From the human T2T-CHM13v2.0 reference genome, Homo sapiens: 64,000 nt of DNA. Of this stretch, positions 14,912 through 31,014 are shown piece by piece (positions within the stretch are counted from its first letter, which is position 1; each line of letters starts with the position of its first letter). The notes under the pieces are model-generated. The model made no database searches, was not told the origin of the DNA, and saw nothing but the letters and a program-made list of their open reading frames with translations. The translations under genes were made by a program, and so were the position numbers. The stretch lies in NCBI RefSeq assembly GCF_009914755.1, contig NC_060925.1. The stretch is one strand, 5' to 3'.

Positions 14912-14999
14912 TCTATGTGATTCTTATTACCTTCTTTTCACACTTAAAGAAGCAAAGGTTTAACTAGCCAAAGGGAGCACCTCCATTCAAACTCAGCTA

Positions 15000-15290
<291 letters not shown>

Positions 15291-16076
15291 CTATCTGTTT
15301 CACTCTAAAAGTAGCATCATCACATTCATACTTGCCTTTTCTTGAATCCCTGCAAACTCTTGGGTGCTATGGAAAAAAAATTAATCCTCAGTTAAGCACT
15401 GGTTAAAAAAATAAATCAGTGATGGTAACTGTTGGAGAATATGAGTATTTGGCTCCTCTGAATCTGGATTGTGACCACCTTGACAAACAACATCAGAGAA
15501 ATGGGAGGGAGTGAAGCTTAGAATTCTTGTACCACCTTGAGGGGAGTATACCCTGAAACCTAAATGTGAAAGTGATCATAGATGGGCTAGTATGCTAGAG
15601 ACACTAAGAGGCATGGAAACCCAGGAAGCAGAAGCTGGAAGCGGGTAAGGGAGAGGTCTCACAGAAGAGGGCTAGGATAGTCTGGCTGTTATAATACAAG
15701 GGGCCAAGGAGAGCATCAGATGCACTGATCAGTCAGGGAATTCAGGAAGCATGAGAGTCTCTGGCTGCCAATATTCTTTCTGTCTACCCTGTCCCCAGTC
15801 TAATCTGTAAAAATTCAGGGTTCCCCCACTTTTCATTGAGGTCTTCAGCAGGAATCATGCTATCTATTAAACCAAAAAGCTCCTCTAGAACATCCTTCAT
15901 CCTAAATAACAAGGCATGGGAGTTATCTTCTCAAATACTAGGCTAACTCACTGTTTTGCCTCAGTTTCCTCTTGGTGAGGTAGTGGACTACACATCGTTT
16001 TTAAGGTCCCTGCCAATCCTAATCAATCATCTATGCTTCTGTGAATAAGGGATGGTGGCACCATGTCTTCATGTAG

Positions 16077-16429
<353 letters not shown>

Positions 16430-16918
16430 TTTCTTTCATCCATAAAATCATTACAATCCCTGCTGCCTACCACAGAGGGAGGGTATGCAAATGAGCTCAG
16501 GTGCTATCAAACACCTTAAAAACCTCTTGCAAACTGTTATATAAGTGCTAAACATTAATATCCAACAGCTGCCCCTCACTACCAATTTCTAATTTAAAGG
16601 TTCCACCACCATTACTTCCCTGAAACTACAAGATTTTGTCTTTGCATTTGTTGAATAACACTTTAACCTAAATTAGAGTAATTTATGTTTATAGTGAAAA
16701 ATTAGAAAATATGGGAAAAAATAAAAAATACAAGAAAAATCGTTTACAGTCCTGTGCCCAAGTGACAACTTTGGTATAATTATCAGCTTAGTACACTTCC
16801 TTACAGTCTTTTCATCTGTATATCTTTATTGATTTAAGTCAAGATCAGGTGCAACATACAATTTTGTGTCTTACTTTAACATTGCATCATAAACAGTTGC
16901 CATTAAAAACTACTCATA

Positions 16919-17275
<357 letters not shown>

Positions 17276-18545
17276 CGCTCTTACATGAAAATTGTAATGG
17301 CTATATAAAACTCCTATCTTATGGTGTACTCTGATCTCCTCAACAAGTCCTCGTTGCTGGACATTTTGGGTGTTTCCAAAGTTTTCCTAGTAGGAGTAAT
17401 CCTGAGAAGAATTTCTTTAGCTTTTTTGGTGTTTCTAATTATTTCCTTAGGCTATACTTTGATGTGTAACTAGGTTGTACTAAAATAGTCTCCAGCAAAT
17501 ACTCAATTCTGCAAAAAAGGTAAAGAGAATCCAGTCATCGTAGTCAATATTACTAATGGCCCAATTCAAGCAGCAGAGCTTTTACAGGGAGGGCCTATAA
17601 ATAGCAAAGCAACAGCTTGCGGTAGAAAAGATACAAAGAAACAGCAACCCTTAAGATTGTTCTTAAACTAGGGTTAAGATACTTTTCTATGCTGCCTCTT
17701 AACCAGAGAGCTATTTAATCAAGACCAGCGTTCGTTGAAAAAGTATAATATTTCTATTCAAGGGCAATAATCTGGCCACCCACACCTTCCTTGTAATTTG
17801 ACAGGCTCTCTAAAAGCACAGATTGCCTGCAGACATTGGCTGACAGACAAAAAGAGCTTTCAAAGTCTAACCTTTCTGCGTCCTCCATCTGAAAGCAGAG
17901 CTTTGGGAAGCTCAGCTCTCTCCTAAACAGTTGCCAAGGATACCCTGAGTCGCCACAGAATTCAGACCCAATTAGTCCAAGTGCCCCCATTTAGTTGGTT
18001 AAACGTGGTGTTTGGTTAAAATGTGGCTTGGCTGGTTAAAAATGTTGGTTAAACATTTTCTCTTTTTATTTTGACAGATTAATTCATATTTTTCAAACAT
18101 AAAACAGACAAAAGACATAAAACAACCCAGGTTTCATTCTTTGTATGCATTCGGCTACAGGTAACTACTTATCACCCAAGAATCTATCTTTAAAAGAGAC
18201 CATCCCATCAATAGGCATCACAATAGTGATACTGACAACAACAATCATTAAGGCAGCAAACCATTTATTGCACTAGACACGCCATGAAAACTGCGGAGAG
18301 ACCGATCAATCATACCATTTTGGATGCACAGCCAGGATTAAAGCAAGTGAAATTGTAATGATCTCACCTAAAAACTTGGGCTTATTAACACTAAATATTT
18401 ATTAGGTGGCTTCATGGGCCAGGCACTCTGCCGGGGGCCTTATATACATTTTCACCAAGCCTCACAACTGCCCTGCTAGGGAGGCATCGTTAGTCTCATT
18501 TTACAGAGGAGGGAACTGAGGCTCACAGAGGCTAAGAGAGGTTGC

Positions 18546-18891
<346 letters not shown>

Positions 18892-20639
18892 TCAAGACCT
18901 GGGTTCTTCCTCTGCCTTCTCTACTTCCTCAACAAAATTGGTAGGCTGACAAAAATTCTTGCCCAGTAGCTGGAAGGCAGCGTGGATTGTGAAGAGGAGA
19001 TCTAAAGGGAAACAAATAAATGGTCCTGGAACAGGACAAATGGGCGGCAGAAGAGAATAGCCGGCCTCTCAGCCCTTCAGCTGATTCCTCCTATATCAAG
19101 GGTCACAGCCCTGCTACCACTGATGGCAGAAGACAAGTGCTTGTGGCATTTATACTCAAGGATGGCTCTTTAGAGCCCCTCTTCAACTCTTCAAGAAAAA
19201 AAAAAAACAAAAAACAGAACCGTTATTCTGTCTCCAAGGAAGAGAGGCCAATTTTACCTTTTCCCTAGAGGAATTTCCTAACCCTTCTCCACACAGAGAA
19301 AGCCCCAGAGCCTTTACATTGGAATCATCCCTGGGCAAATCCTGCAAGAGGAGATTAAAAACAAACAAACAAAGCGTTTCCACCAGAAAATGTGAGAAGT
19401 GAGCCTTTTTTGAAGGTAAGAATTAGAAGTGACAGCGAATCGGTGAAGGAACCAAGGCCATGACAGGTGGTGAAGACAAGTAGGAGAGACAGTCACACTT
19501 CTACTTATGAAAAGTGACTCCAAAGAAAGCCACTTTATGCTGTGGGCCTGGTGGGTGATACTGAGATAGCACCATTTAAACCAGCGAGAGCCACCTACGG
19601 CTTGCAGACTAGGGGTTTTTTTTTTCTCCAACATGTACAGATTTATTTAGTGCTGTTAACTCTTCTTTTGGGCTTCTAAGCCCTGAAGAATGGATCCCAG
19701 GAAAACTGGACCGGAAATCAGGAGCCTGCCAGCTATAGCTGGGGCTTATCCTCACCTTCACATACAAAAGAAGGAAGGGCTATGGACTAGCTGAAGTCCC
19801 TTCCAAATTTAACTCAATGTAATTTTTAATTTATTCTGGCAAATATGTATTGAAGACACACACTGTGTCAGGCATGATCTTGGCTTGAAGATGTAAAGAT
19901 TTAGTCCCTGCCCTTGAGAACTCAGGCTAGTAGGGGAGAAGTGTGTGTCAGGAAATACCCCAAGTCATCGGTGCGATGAGTGCAACAAGGCTGTTTGAAG
20001 GGAGAAGCAGGGCTGGGGAGGCCCCTGAACTGGGGGCCTAGGAAGGCTCATGAAATAAATGATGAATAAATGATGTCTAAGCTGGGTTACTAAGGGTCAT
20101 GAGGCATTCACTGGGGAGGGAGAGGGGGTGTCTGGTAAAGGGCTCCTTGCTACTTCCTAACCTGGAGCAATCCAGAGATGTAAGCTCTCTAGGTGCAAAG
20201 GAACCAGGCCTTTGGTTGGCTCATGGGGGAATGTGGTGCCCAGCCTAGGAACAGAATCCAAGGTCATTCTACTCTGAGTGGCCCTAAACTCACCAGGCCA
20301 AGGTCATCCTCTAGGGCAGGGCTGTCCCAACATCCTTCCTCACAGCCTTGGGGTTCAGAGGGGCGAGGTGGAGTGCATGCAGGAGGGGAGGGCTAAGTGA
20401 GCAGGCCTTCAGTCCCAGCCTTCTGCCTTTCCAGTTGTCATCTACAGAAGAGGATGTCGTTGCTGGAGCATTTTTGGAAATCAGTGCTCTCAGGCCTGAA
20501 GTGGTTATCAATTCACAATGATCTCCTCGCAGAAACTTGAATATGAAAAGCATCATGAAAAAGGTTCTCTCCAGTTTTCTCCTCTTGTTTCTGATGGCAG
20601 CTTCTTAGTTTCCTTGGCTGATTCCCAATTTGCCCTCTT

Positions 20640-21740
20640 CTAAGAGTCCATTAAACGCTGGGATTCTTCAGGGCTCTGGCCTGCATTTGAGCTTCTTCTC
20701 AGGCTACCCTCTCCCGCAGGGGTATCTTATGGAGCTCCAGATTTACAGTTCACCTGTTTGGCAAGGATGCCCACCTCTCCAGCTCCTCTAGGTCCCAGAT
20801 GCACCCACACCACTGCCCTCCATGACATCACCACCTGATGCCTCAAACTAAATACAGCCAAGACTTGAACTCATAACTGCCCCATCTGCAGCCCCAGTTG
20901 TACTCTCTCCCCACCACTGCGACTCTCCGCAAATGGTCCCACCATAACCCAGTTGCTCAACCCAGATCTTTAGCAATCACTCTTAACTACTTCCTCTTCC
21001 TCACTCCCAACATCCAATTAACCACCAGTTCTTGGTCATTCTGTCCTCTAACACTCTCTCAGATCTGCCTGCCTCTCCCCATCCCCACCATCAGCACCCT
21101 AGTTCAGGCCACTTTCACTTGGACAACTACAAAAATCTCCATGATCCCTCACCTCCCATCTGGACTCCCCCTAATCTGTTCTCCACACAGCTGCTGGGAT
21201 ATTTCAAGAACACAAATCTGATCCTAAGAATCCCCTCCTGAAAACCTTTTAATGGCTTCCCATTCCTTTACAGCCCAAAATCCTTCAAGTGGCTTAAAGG
21301 GCTACAAATGACTGGGCATCTCTCCAGCCCCAACTCATGAAATCCTCCAGCATGTGAGACTTTGCCGAGTTCCTAGCACAATACCTGCTCCCCGCTTCCC
21401 TGCCTCCCTTCCCTGTGCAGGCCCCTGTGCTACTCCTGCTGGCGGGGACTCCACTCTGCACCCCCCGCCTCCCCCCACCAACCCCGCCCCGTGCCCAGCC
21501 ATCTCTTACTTGACCTTCACTTCTCAGCTTGCGCTACATTCCTCGGGGAAGTCTGCTGCGTCCGTATAGGTCAGGCCTCCAGTGCTCACGATTTATGCTC
21601 TGCAGCACTGCGCATGCTCTTATTTATCTACAATCATTTGTTTGTTGTCTGTCTTTCAAAGAGCCATGTTCTTCACTGCTCTCTAACCCGTGCTCAGCAT
21701 GGTGCCTAGCACACGACAGGTGCTCCATTTGTATTCTTTA
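20640..21740 (+). mobile_element. Degenerate L2 LINE segment
   Basis: Pyrimidine-rich L2-like motifs (acttgaactcata, accataacccagttgctcaa, aatggcttcccatt, ggtgcctagcac...ggtgctc); boundaries approximate. Confidence 0.55.
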
Positions 21741-23357
21741 AAGTATTTTTTTAAACCACTTCTATAGCTCTTCCTGGCACCGGTAAGCGAATGCTGCCCT
21801 CAGATCCCCACCTCTCTCCCTTCCCATTCTCCTCTTTCCCTCAGTCCGTGGTCTGGTTCCTGTCACCAGGGCCTTGTGTCCTACTGATTCCAACATAACC
21901 TTCACACACTGTGTGATGATGAAACCTAGAAAGCAATTTCATTTTCTACTGAGTAATGCCTACGATGTCAGAATACACCCACTATTGTTACTTCTATAGA
22001 AATTATAATCCAAACTCTAGGGATCTGTGTCTAGAGTCCAGAATCCAGATTGGCACCAAAAAGGGGAGAAGCATTATTTAATAAAATATTTGTCTGGTTT
22101 CCATTCTCACTGTTGCTTTCTCAGAGAGATAAACATATATACTATGGGGATGTTCTGGTTAAATAGTTTGGCTTAGTTGGGATTTATAGCGATTATCTCA
22201 GAAGCTCAGTTGCTCAGGAGGGGGAACAGGTAGGCAGAGCAATCCCTTAGAAGTGTAAGATGTACAAGCATCAAGCACAGGAAAAAGAAAAACCTTGCTT
22301 TCCAAAGTCCAAAAGCTTTCCTCTGGCTGCAGTGCAGCCTCTTGCTGGTGCAGGCAACATGACCGAGAGCCAAGGGTGAATGACAGAGTCTGATTTGTTC
22401 AGCAAAGCCTGTTTCAAAGCAATTAAAAAGAGAACGTCATCTCCTGTAGAAGCTGCAAACAAAAGGCCAGGGATGCTTTTTCCTTTTTTAATTGATCTGG
22501 GCTGTCAACTACTTCATTAGCAACCTGATTAGGTTCTAATCAGCCCTCTAATTAAGTGCTTTCAAATCAGAACCTGAGAAGGGTGTGAACTTAGAAGGGG
22601 TGATGGTGCAGGTTGGACAGGACCACTTGCAAGAAATTCCAATGAGTTCCTTAACCTGAGGCAAGATTCAAACTTTATTCTTGCAAGTAGATTTCCATAC
22701 AGTGGGGGGAGTCCTGTGAACATTTTGTTTCGGAAACAAATGGTTCAACTCCTTACTTTGAAAGTCTAGGCAGTAAAGCACCAAGAACTTCTTGCTTAAG
22801 AAGAACATGGAAAAATAATTGGAAAATATTTCACAAACAGGAGCAAAGGGAGAAAGCAAAATTAATGCTTTTGGCTGACAGTCTGTCTTCTAGAATGACT
22901 TTCTTTGGCCTTAGGAAACCCTTGGACTCTAGGTAACCAAGAAGTGTCTTGGAAAGACCTCTCAAATCTAAAATTCAGGGAAACCCAGCACCATTTCTTG
23001 CAACGCCACAAAGAGGCAAGTGCAGATCCTAACCCGCACTCCGCTTCAAAGGTGCTTCACTTTTGAGATGTCGGTTCTGAGGTGGTGGTGGTTGTTTGAC
23101 AGCCGTATATTATTAATACCTTCAACCGCCAATACTAGGAGCTCCGATCATGTTTTGATGACCAACACGAGTCTAACATATAAGTAAGCTTGGGAATTTT
23201 ATTCTTCAAAACCACAGGTAACAAATTTCAAATGCTAAGTTTTTTTTTTTCAATCAAGTACAGAAGAAAGGAAACACCTTCATTTATTTTCTAAAGTCTA
23301 TTCTTCAAAATAATTTCTCCTTCTTTTTCTGTCTTTGCAGTGATCATAAAAGGGCAT

Positions 23358-23779
23358 TTTATTAGTCCATTCTCTGACTGCCATAAATAAATACCTGAGA
23401 CTGGGTAATGTATAAAGAAAAGAGGTTGAATTGGCTCACGATTCTGCAGGCTGTACAGGAAGCATGGTGGCATCTGCTTGGCTTCTGGGGGAAGCCTCAG
23501 GAAACTTACAATCATGGCAGAAGGTGAAAGGAAAGCAGGCACATCACATGGTCGGAACAGGAGGAAGAGAAAGAAGGGGGAAGTGATATACATTTTTAAA
23601 CAGTCAGATCTCCTGAGAACTCACTATCACAACAGCACCAAGGGGCGATGGTGTTAAGCCATGAGAACTCTGCCCTTCCCCCAGCAATGATCCAATCACC
23701 TCCCACCAGGCCCCACATCCAACACTGGGGATTACAATTCGACAGGAGATTTGCGTGGGACACAGATCCAAACCATATC
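23358..23779 (-). mobile_element. MST (MSTA-like) MaLR solo LTR
   Basis: tattagtccattctc...aaatacctgagactgggtaat...cctcaggaaacttacaatcatggcagaagg...aaaccatatc. Confidence 0.88.
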
Positions 23780-25086
23780 TGTCATTAAAAGAAAAATCAT
23801 TTGATGTGGCTCTTCATGGAAGCAAGAATTTTTCATGCAGATGGGATGAAAGGATACCATAAGTTAGCCAACACAAGACCTTATCTTAGCACCCAAATGT
23901 TATAACCCGGACCCCACCTCTGGAATTTTCTAAGTTAAGAAGGTAGATCGAAAGTAAGTGCAATTCATTTGACCACAATGGGCTGAAGCATAGGTAATAT
24001 GAAAATCAACAGAACTGAAGCTCTCTGAAAGTTTTCTGAACTGGGAGTGTGTGGCTGGTGTGTGTGTGGTAGGGGGAGATGGTTGTGAATTAGGGGATGG
24101 GGAAGTATGAATTTACTGTAAACTTCCATTGGCTTGTGTTATAAACAAATCCAGGTTACTCTGGAACATGTTTTTTAGTTATGACCTTGTAGCACTGTCC
24201 CTCCATGTCACAAGGGTGATGACAGAAACTGAAGCTGATTACAGGTAAAGTTATGGCATCCTATGACCGCTAGCTCCTCCAGTGAGGTAGGATGTTAAAA
24301 ACACAGGCTTTGGAATCAGACCATCCTGATTGTGGCTTAGGATGGGTTTTTATCTGTTCTAAGCTCCTATTTCCTTATCTGTAAAATGGGCATAATATTC
24401 TACCCTTACAGAGATTTTATGAATATTAAAGAGAAGACATTTTTAAAGTGCTGATCCCACAGTAATGACTATGACAGGTCAGGTTCCTTCTCCTTCTTCT
24501 CTCCTCACCTTTTCCTGCCCTATCTTTTCCTCTCGCAGACCCCTAACCTCCTCTTCTCCTCTTAGAACCACATTTTAAAACTTTAACCTGTAAAGCCAGA
24601 AACTATTTTTTCATTGATTTAGTTTGTAGATCAATTGAATCCAAAACACAGGCCATCAGTAGACGTTCTTGTATATCATTTTCACAGGTTTTATACTTTC
24701 CTAAAAGTCTTGTAATGGATCTGTAAAAAATGAGATTTAGGGTATTTATCAAAACAGTCTACAAAGCCCTGAGCATAATGGCTCCCTCTTTTCATCATAC
24801 CAGGACTTGTCCAGAGTCTCTTTACCCTGTTTCTTGTCATAGAACTTCAAAGAGCAGTTACCCACCTCTCTGCCTCCTCTTGCTTTCTCTGCATCGGCCT
24901 TGACAATAGCACCTACTATAAGACAAGCAGGTGCCCTTACTCAAGGGCATAAGTGGCAAACAAAGTGGTTAACACAGTTCAAAAGCTTTGACATGCTGAC
25001 TTTGGGAGCAGCCCAAATGGGAAATGCTCTGGTTATTCATGCAAACGGCAGGTCTGTCCACCCTCCTTAAAAACTACTTTGCTTAT

Positions 25087-25736
<650 letters not shown>

Positions 25737-26019
25737 CTAACATTACCGCCTGTTCCTATGTGCCAGGCTCTAGTTACGTGCATGACCTAAGTTTTCTCTG
25801 TTGCCATAGCTGGTAAGAGAGATATTATTCTTATGCTCATATTACAAATAAGGAAGCTGAGGTTCTGAGAAGATGAGCTAATCTGCAAGATCACACCACT
25901 GTAAGTAGTGGAGTCTAAGATTCTAATCCGGGCGACATGGTTCTAGAACCATTCTCTACCATCTCCTGTTAGCAGGATGCAGGCTTCTGCACCCAAAACT
26001 GAGACATCAGGATATGGAG

Positions 26020-26370
26020 ATGTCCGCCAGGGCTGGAGTCCCTGAGAAACAGATCCTGAGACGGAGACTTGCATATAGGAAAGTTCATTGGCAAGTGCGC
26101 TCCAGATCACACTTGTGGGAGTGCAACGCCGCAGGAGTGGGCGGAAGGAGAAACAGAGCTGTGATGTAGTCACAACTAAAGCCTCAGCCGATCCCACTGA
26201 AAGCCTGGAGCTGGGGTGGCCCTGCAGAGTTGTGCGGCTCTGAGGCAAGGGGATCTGCCAAGGGAAGAGAGCTGCCAGCTCCCAACTCTCCCAGCCAGGA
26301 GGGGTGTATGCCTTAGTCTAGGGGAGGTAGGGAGTGGAAGCTGCAGAGCTCCTCACAGAATTGACTACCA
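26020..26370 (-). mobile_element. Old ERVL-type LTR (family uncertain)
   Basis: gaaacagatcctgagacggag...aaagcctcagccgatcccac...ctggagctggggtggccctgcagagttg. Confidence 0.55.
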
Positions 26371-26807
26371 TGTTCCGCATCTATAAGGAAGGGGTCGTTT
26401 ACTGGCACAGCATTTGACAGGGGCTTGGTCAAGTGCCTGGGTTTGCCTCCCAGCTCAGTCGTTGCCTGGATGGAGAATTTTACTAATTTCCTTAACTTCT
26501 CTGCATCTCCATGCCTTCATCTAAAATAAAGATAATACCCATTTGATGGAATTGTTGAAGAAAATCGTATATACAAAGTCTATGCTACTAAGTAAAATCT
26601 TCCTCCTCAGTTTTGTAGAAACCAATACTCCACAGAGAAGGGACAGGGTGAAGGATGGCAAAGCTAAAAGGGGGCTGCTGGATATACAGAAGGGACAGGT
26701 TCATAATTGGCCATTTAGGGAGACACCAGGTTTTGCCTGGACAACTTCAACCTTTTGAAGTGTGTGTCATGAAAACCAACTACTTTTTCCCTGTTGGATG
26801 CTTCCCG

Positions 26808-27016
26808 TACTGTCAGGCAGAACAGGGATGGAGGAATAGGGAGGTGGGATGAAATGGGGTTGGGGGGATGACTGTGGCAATTCCTATAGTCGCTCTGTCT
26901 TCACATTCCAAAACACTGCAAAGCTGATCTGACAAACCCTGTCAGAAAGAGACAGAAAATGCCAAACAGGAAGAGAGGTGGCCTTGGCAATGTCAGACGC
27001 CATGATGCTCCCTCTT
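26808..27016 (+). repeat. Inverted duplication, left arm (209 bp)
   Basis: Reverse complement of 27824-28032, ~21 mismatches, no gaps. Confidence 0.93.
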
Positions 27017-27428
27017 GCTGGAGTGGCACCAGGCAGAAAGCCAAAGGTTTCTTAACAAAACAAAACAAAACTAAGCAGCTCAGCAGGCTATAGACCATGA
27101 TTTGTTGGGGAATGTGAGCAACTACAAATAGCCAAGGCACTCCTAATATGTGTAAGATGTTATTATTCTTGCCACCTAGCCCAAATGTGTACTATCTCAA
27201 CCCAAGTCCTCCAGAAGATGGTATCAGTTTGGGGGACGGTGGGGCTGGGTGGAAAGGGAGGATTTAAGGTAGCATATGCCACAGTGAGGAGGAGGAGGGG
27301 AAAGAGCAAACCGCCATTTAGTGAGCAGCCTGCATGTTGCTAGGTACTTAGCTAATTTCATCTTCCAAACAACTCTATAAGTGGATATTGGCATTATCCC
27401 ATTTCTCAGATTAGAAAACTCAGGTGCA

Positions 27429-27729
27429 GGCCGGGCACAGTGGCTCATGCCTGTAATCTCAGCACTTTGGGAGGCTGAGGCAAGTGGATCACCTGAGGTC
27501 AGGAGTTTGAGATCAGCCTGGCCAACAAGGAGAAACCTCGTCTCTACAAAAATGAAAAAAAAAAAAAATTAGCCAGGTGTGGTGGCACACACCTGTAGTC
27601 CCAGCTACTCAGGAGGCTGAGGCAGGAGAATCACTTGAACCCTGGAGGCAGAGGTTGCAGTGAGCTGAGATCCCCCACTACACTCCAGCCTGGGCAACAG
27701 AGCAAGACTCTGTCTCAAAAAAAAAAAAA
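27429..27729 (+). mobile_element. AluS inside the inverted-repeat spacer
   Basis: TSD AAAACTSAGGTGCA. Confidence 0.92.
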
Positions 27730-27786
27730 CTGAGGTGCAAAAAGGTAAGTATTTTCCCAAGTTTACTGTGCTAAGTAATTTAATGG

Positions 27787-27823
27787 AATAATTGGGATGA
27801 GAACTTGTCTCATCCCAATTATT
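27787..27823. repeat. Perfect 16-bp hairpin, 5-nt loop
   Basis: AATAATTGGGATGAGA-acttg-TCTCATCCCAATTATT. Confidence 0.95.
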
Positions 27824-28032
27824 AAGAGAGTGTGTCACGGCGTCTGACATCACTAAGGCCACCACTCTTCCTGTTTGGCATTTTCTGTCTCTTTCTGACT
27901 GGGTTTGTCATATCAACTTTTCCGTGTTTTGGAATGTCAAGACAGAGCGACTATAGGAATTGCCACAGTCATCTGCCCCATCCCATTTCATCCCACCTCC
28001 CTATTCCCCAATCCCTGTTCTGCCTGACAGTA
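27824..28032 (-). repeat. Inverted duplication, right arm (209 bp)
   Basis: Reverse complement of 26808-27016; ORF track shows RPPLFLFGIFCLFLTGFV in both arms. Confidence 0.93.
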
Positions 28033-28765
28033 GGAGAGGCTTGCCCTCTTCCCACCACCCCAGGGCCTGTAGATGGCCTGTATCTACAGCAGTCAGTACT
28101 CCCCTCCAGCCAATGACCTCTACAGGCCTGGGACAACCTCAGGTTCTGACACCTTCTTAGACCCCCACTCCCCACAGCAGGCCCAGCCAGTGGCACTTCA
28201 GGCAGGAAGGTGGCTGCATGAACTACCACGGCTAATGTCAAAGCTGCAGCAGGCACTTAACTGCCTACTGCAGAGATCCCCTCCTGCCCTACTCTAAGCG
28301 CATGGACCACAGCCATCTCCCCAAGGGTGTCAGGGTTTCTCAGGCTGCTGAGGACCTCAGCAACTCAATTAGCTCAATGACCATGAACTTGTAACGGAAA
28401 ACTCAGGCAAACGCACCAGTGCTCTTACGCAGGCTCCATTATCAAGCCTACTGAAGTCTGACACATTTCTCCCGTTTCCTCGAGAAATACCTCAATTCTG
28501 ACTGTATCTTTGACCACTTATGTCTAACCTTGTGTACACTGTGTGACCACACTGAGCTTCAGTCCCACCTGGAAAATGGGTAGCACTGTGACTTTCAAAA
28601 GACAAACTCACAAACTCACAGCCCAGTTCCATCACTTACTAGTTGTACAACAACTCCCTGCAGGCTGGTTGCATGGCAGAGTTTCCTTTAGCAGGAAATG
28701 GGGGCCCGTACAATTATTTATGTGGTAGACAGACAGAGCATTAAGTAACATGGAATAGCAAGTGA

Positions 28766-29161
<396 letters not shown>

Positions 29162-29594
29162 TAAAAAGCTAACACTTGTTAATCTTCCTTAAAGAGATCA
29201 GGCCTCAGGTCCAGAGTATTATCTAGTTGGAACTTGATAACACTGCTTTGTTTTAATTGTTTTTCTTTTCCTGGTCATCTCCTATTTGTGGTAGTTGATG
29301 CTGGCTTTCTATTTACAGTAGCAATAACAACTTGTCTTTTAGAAAATACATTTGTTTAAATAATAATGTTAGTCCATTTTAAAGAAAATTATTAAGTAAA
29401 ATAATGGTTTAGGTGGCACACAGAAATGGCAAAACTTGTGAAGACAGAACACAAATGGCCAAATTTTTGTGAACACTGTTAAAAAGACTACAGACTGCAT
29501 GCCAAATGCTTCATGTACACCAACCATATAGTGGGTACTCAATAGATATTAGCTCTTGTATTCTAATTTTTTTTATTATTAGCCTTGCAATTTA

Positions 29595-31014
<1,420 letters not shown>

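Noticed and set aside
19520-19600. A miR-29 precursor gene on the plus strand
   Set aside because: The upstream sequence does not form a convincing complementary 5p arm; better read as an antisense target site
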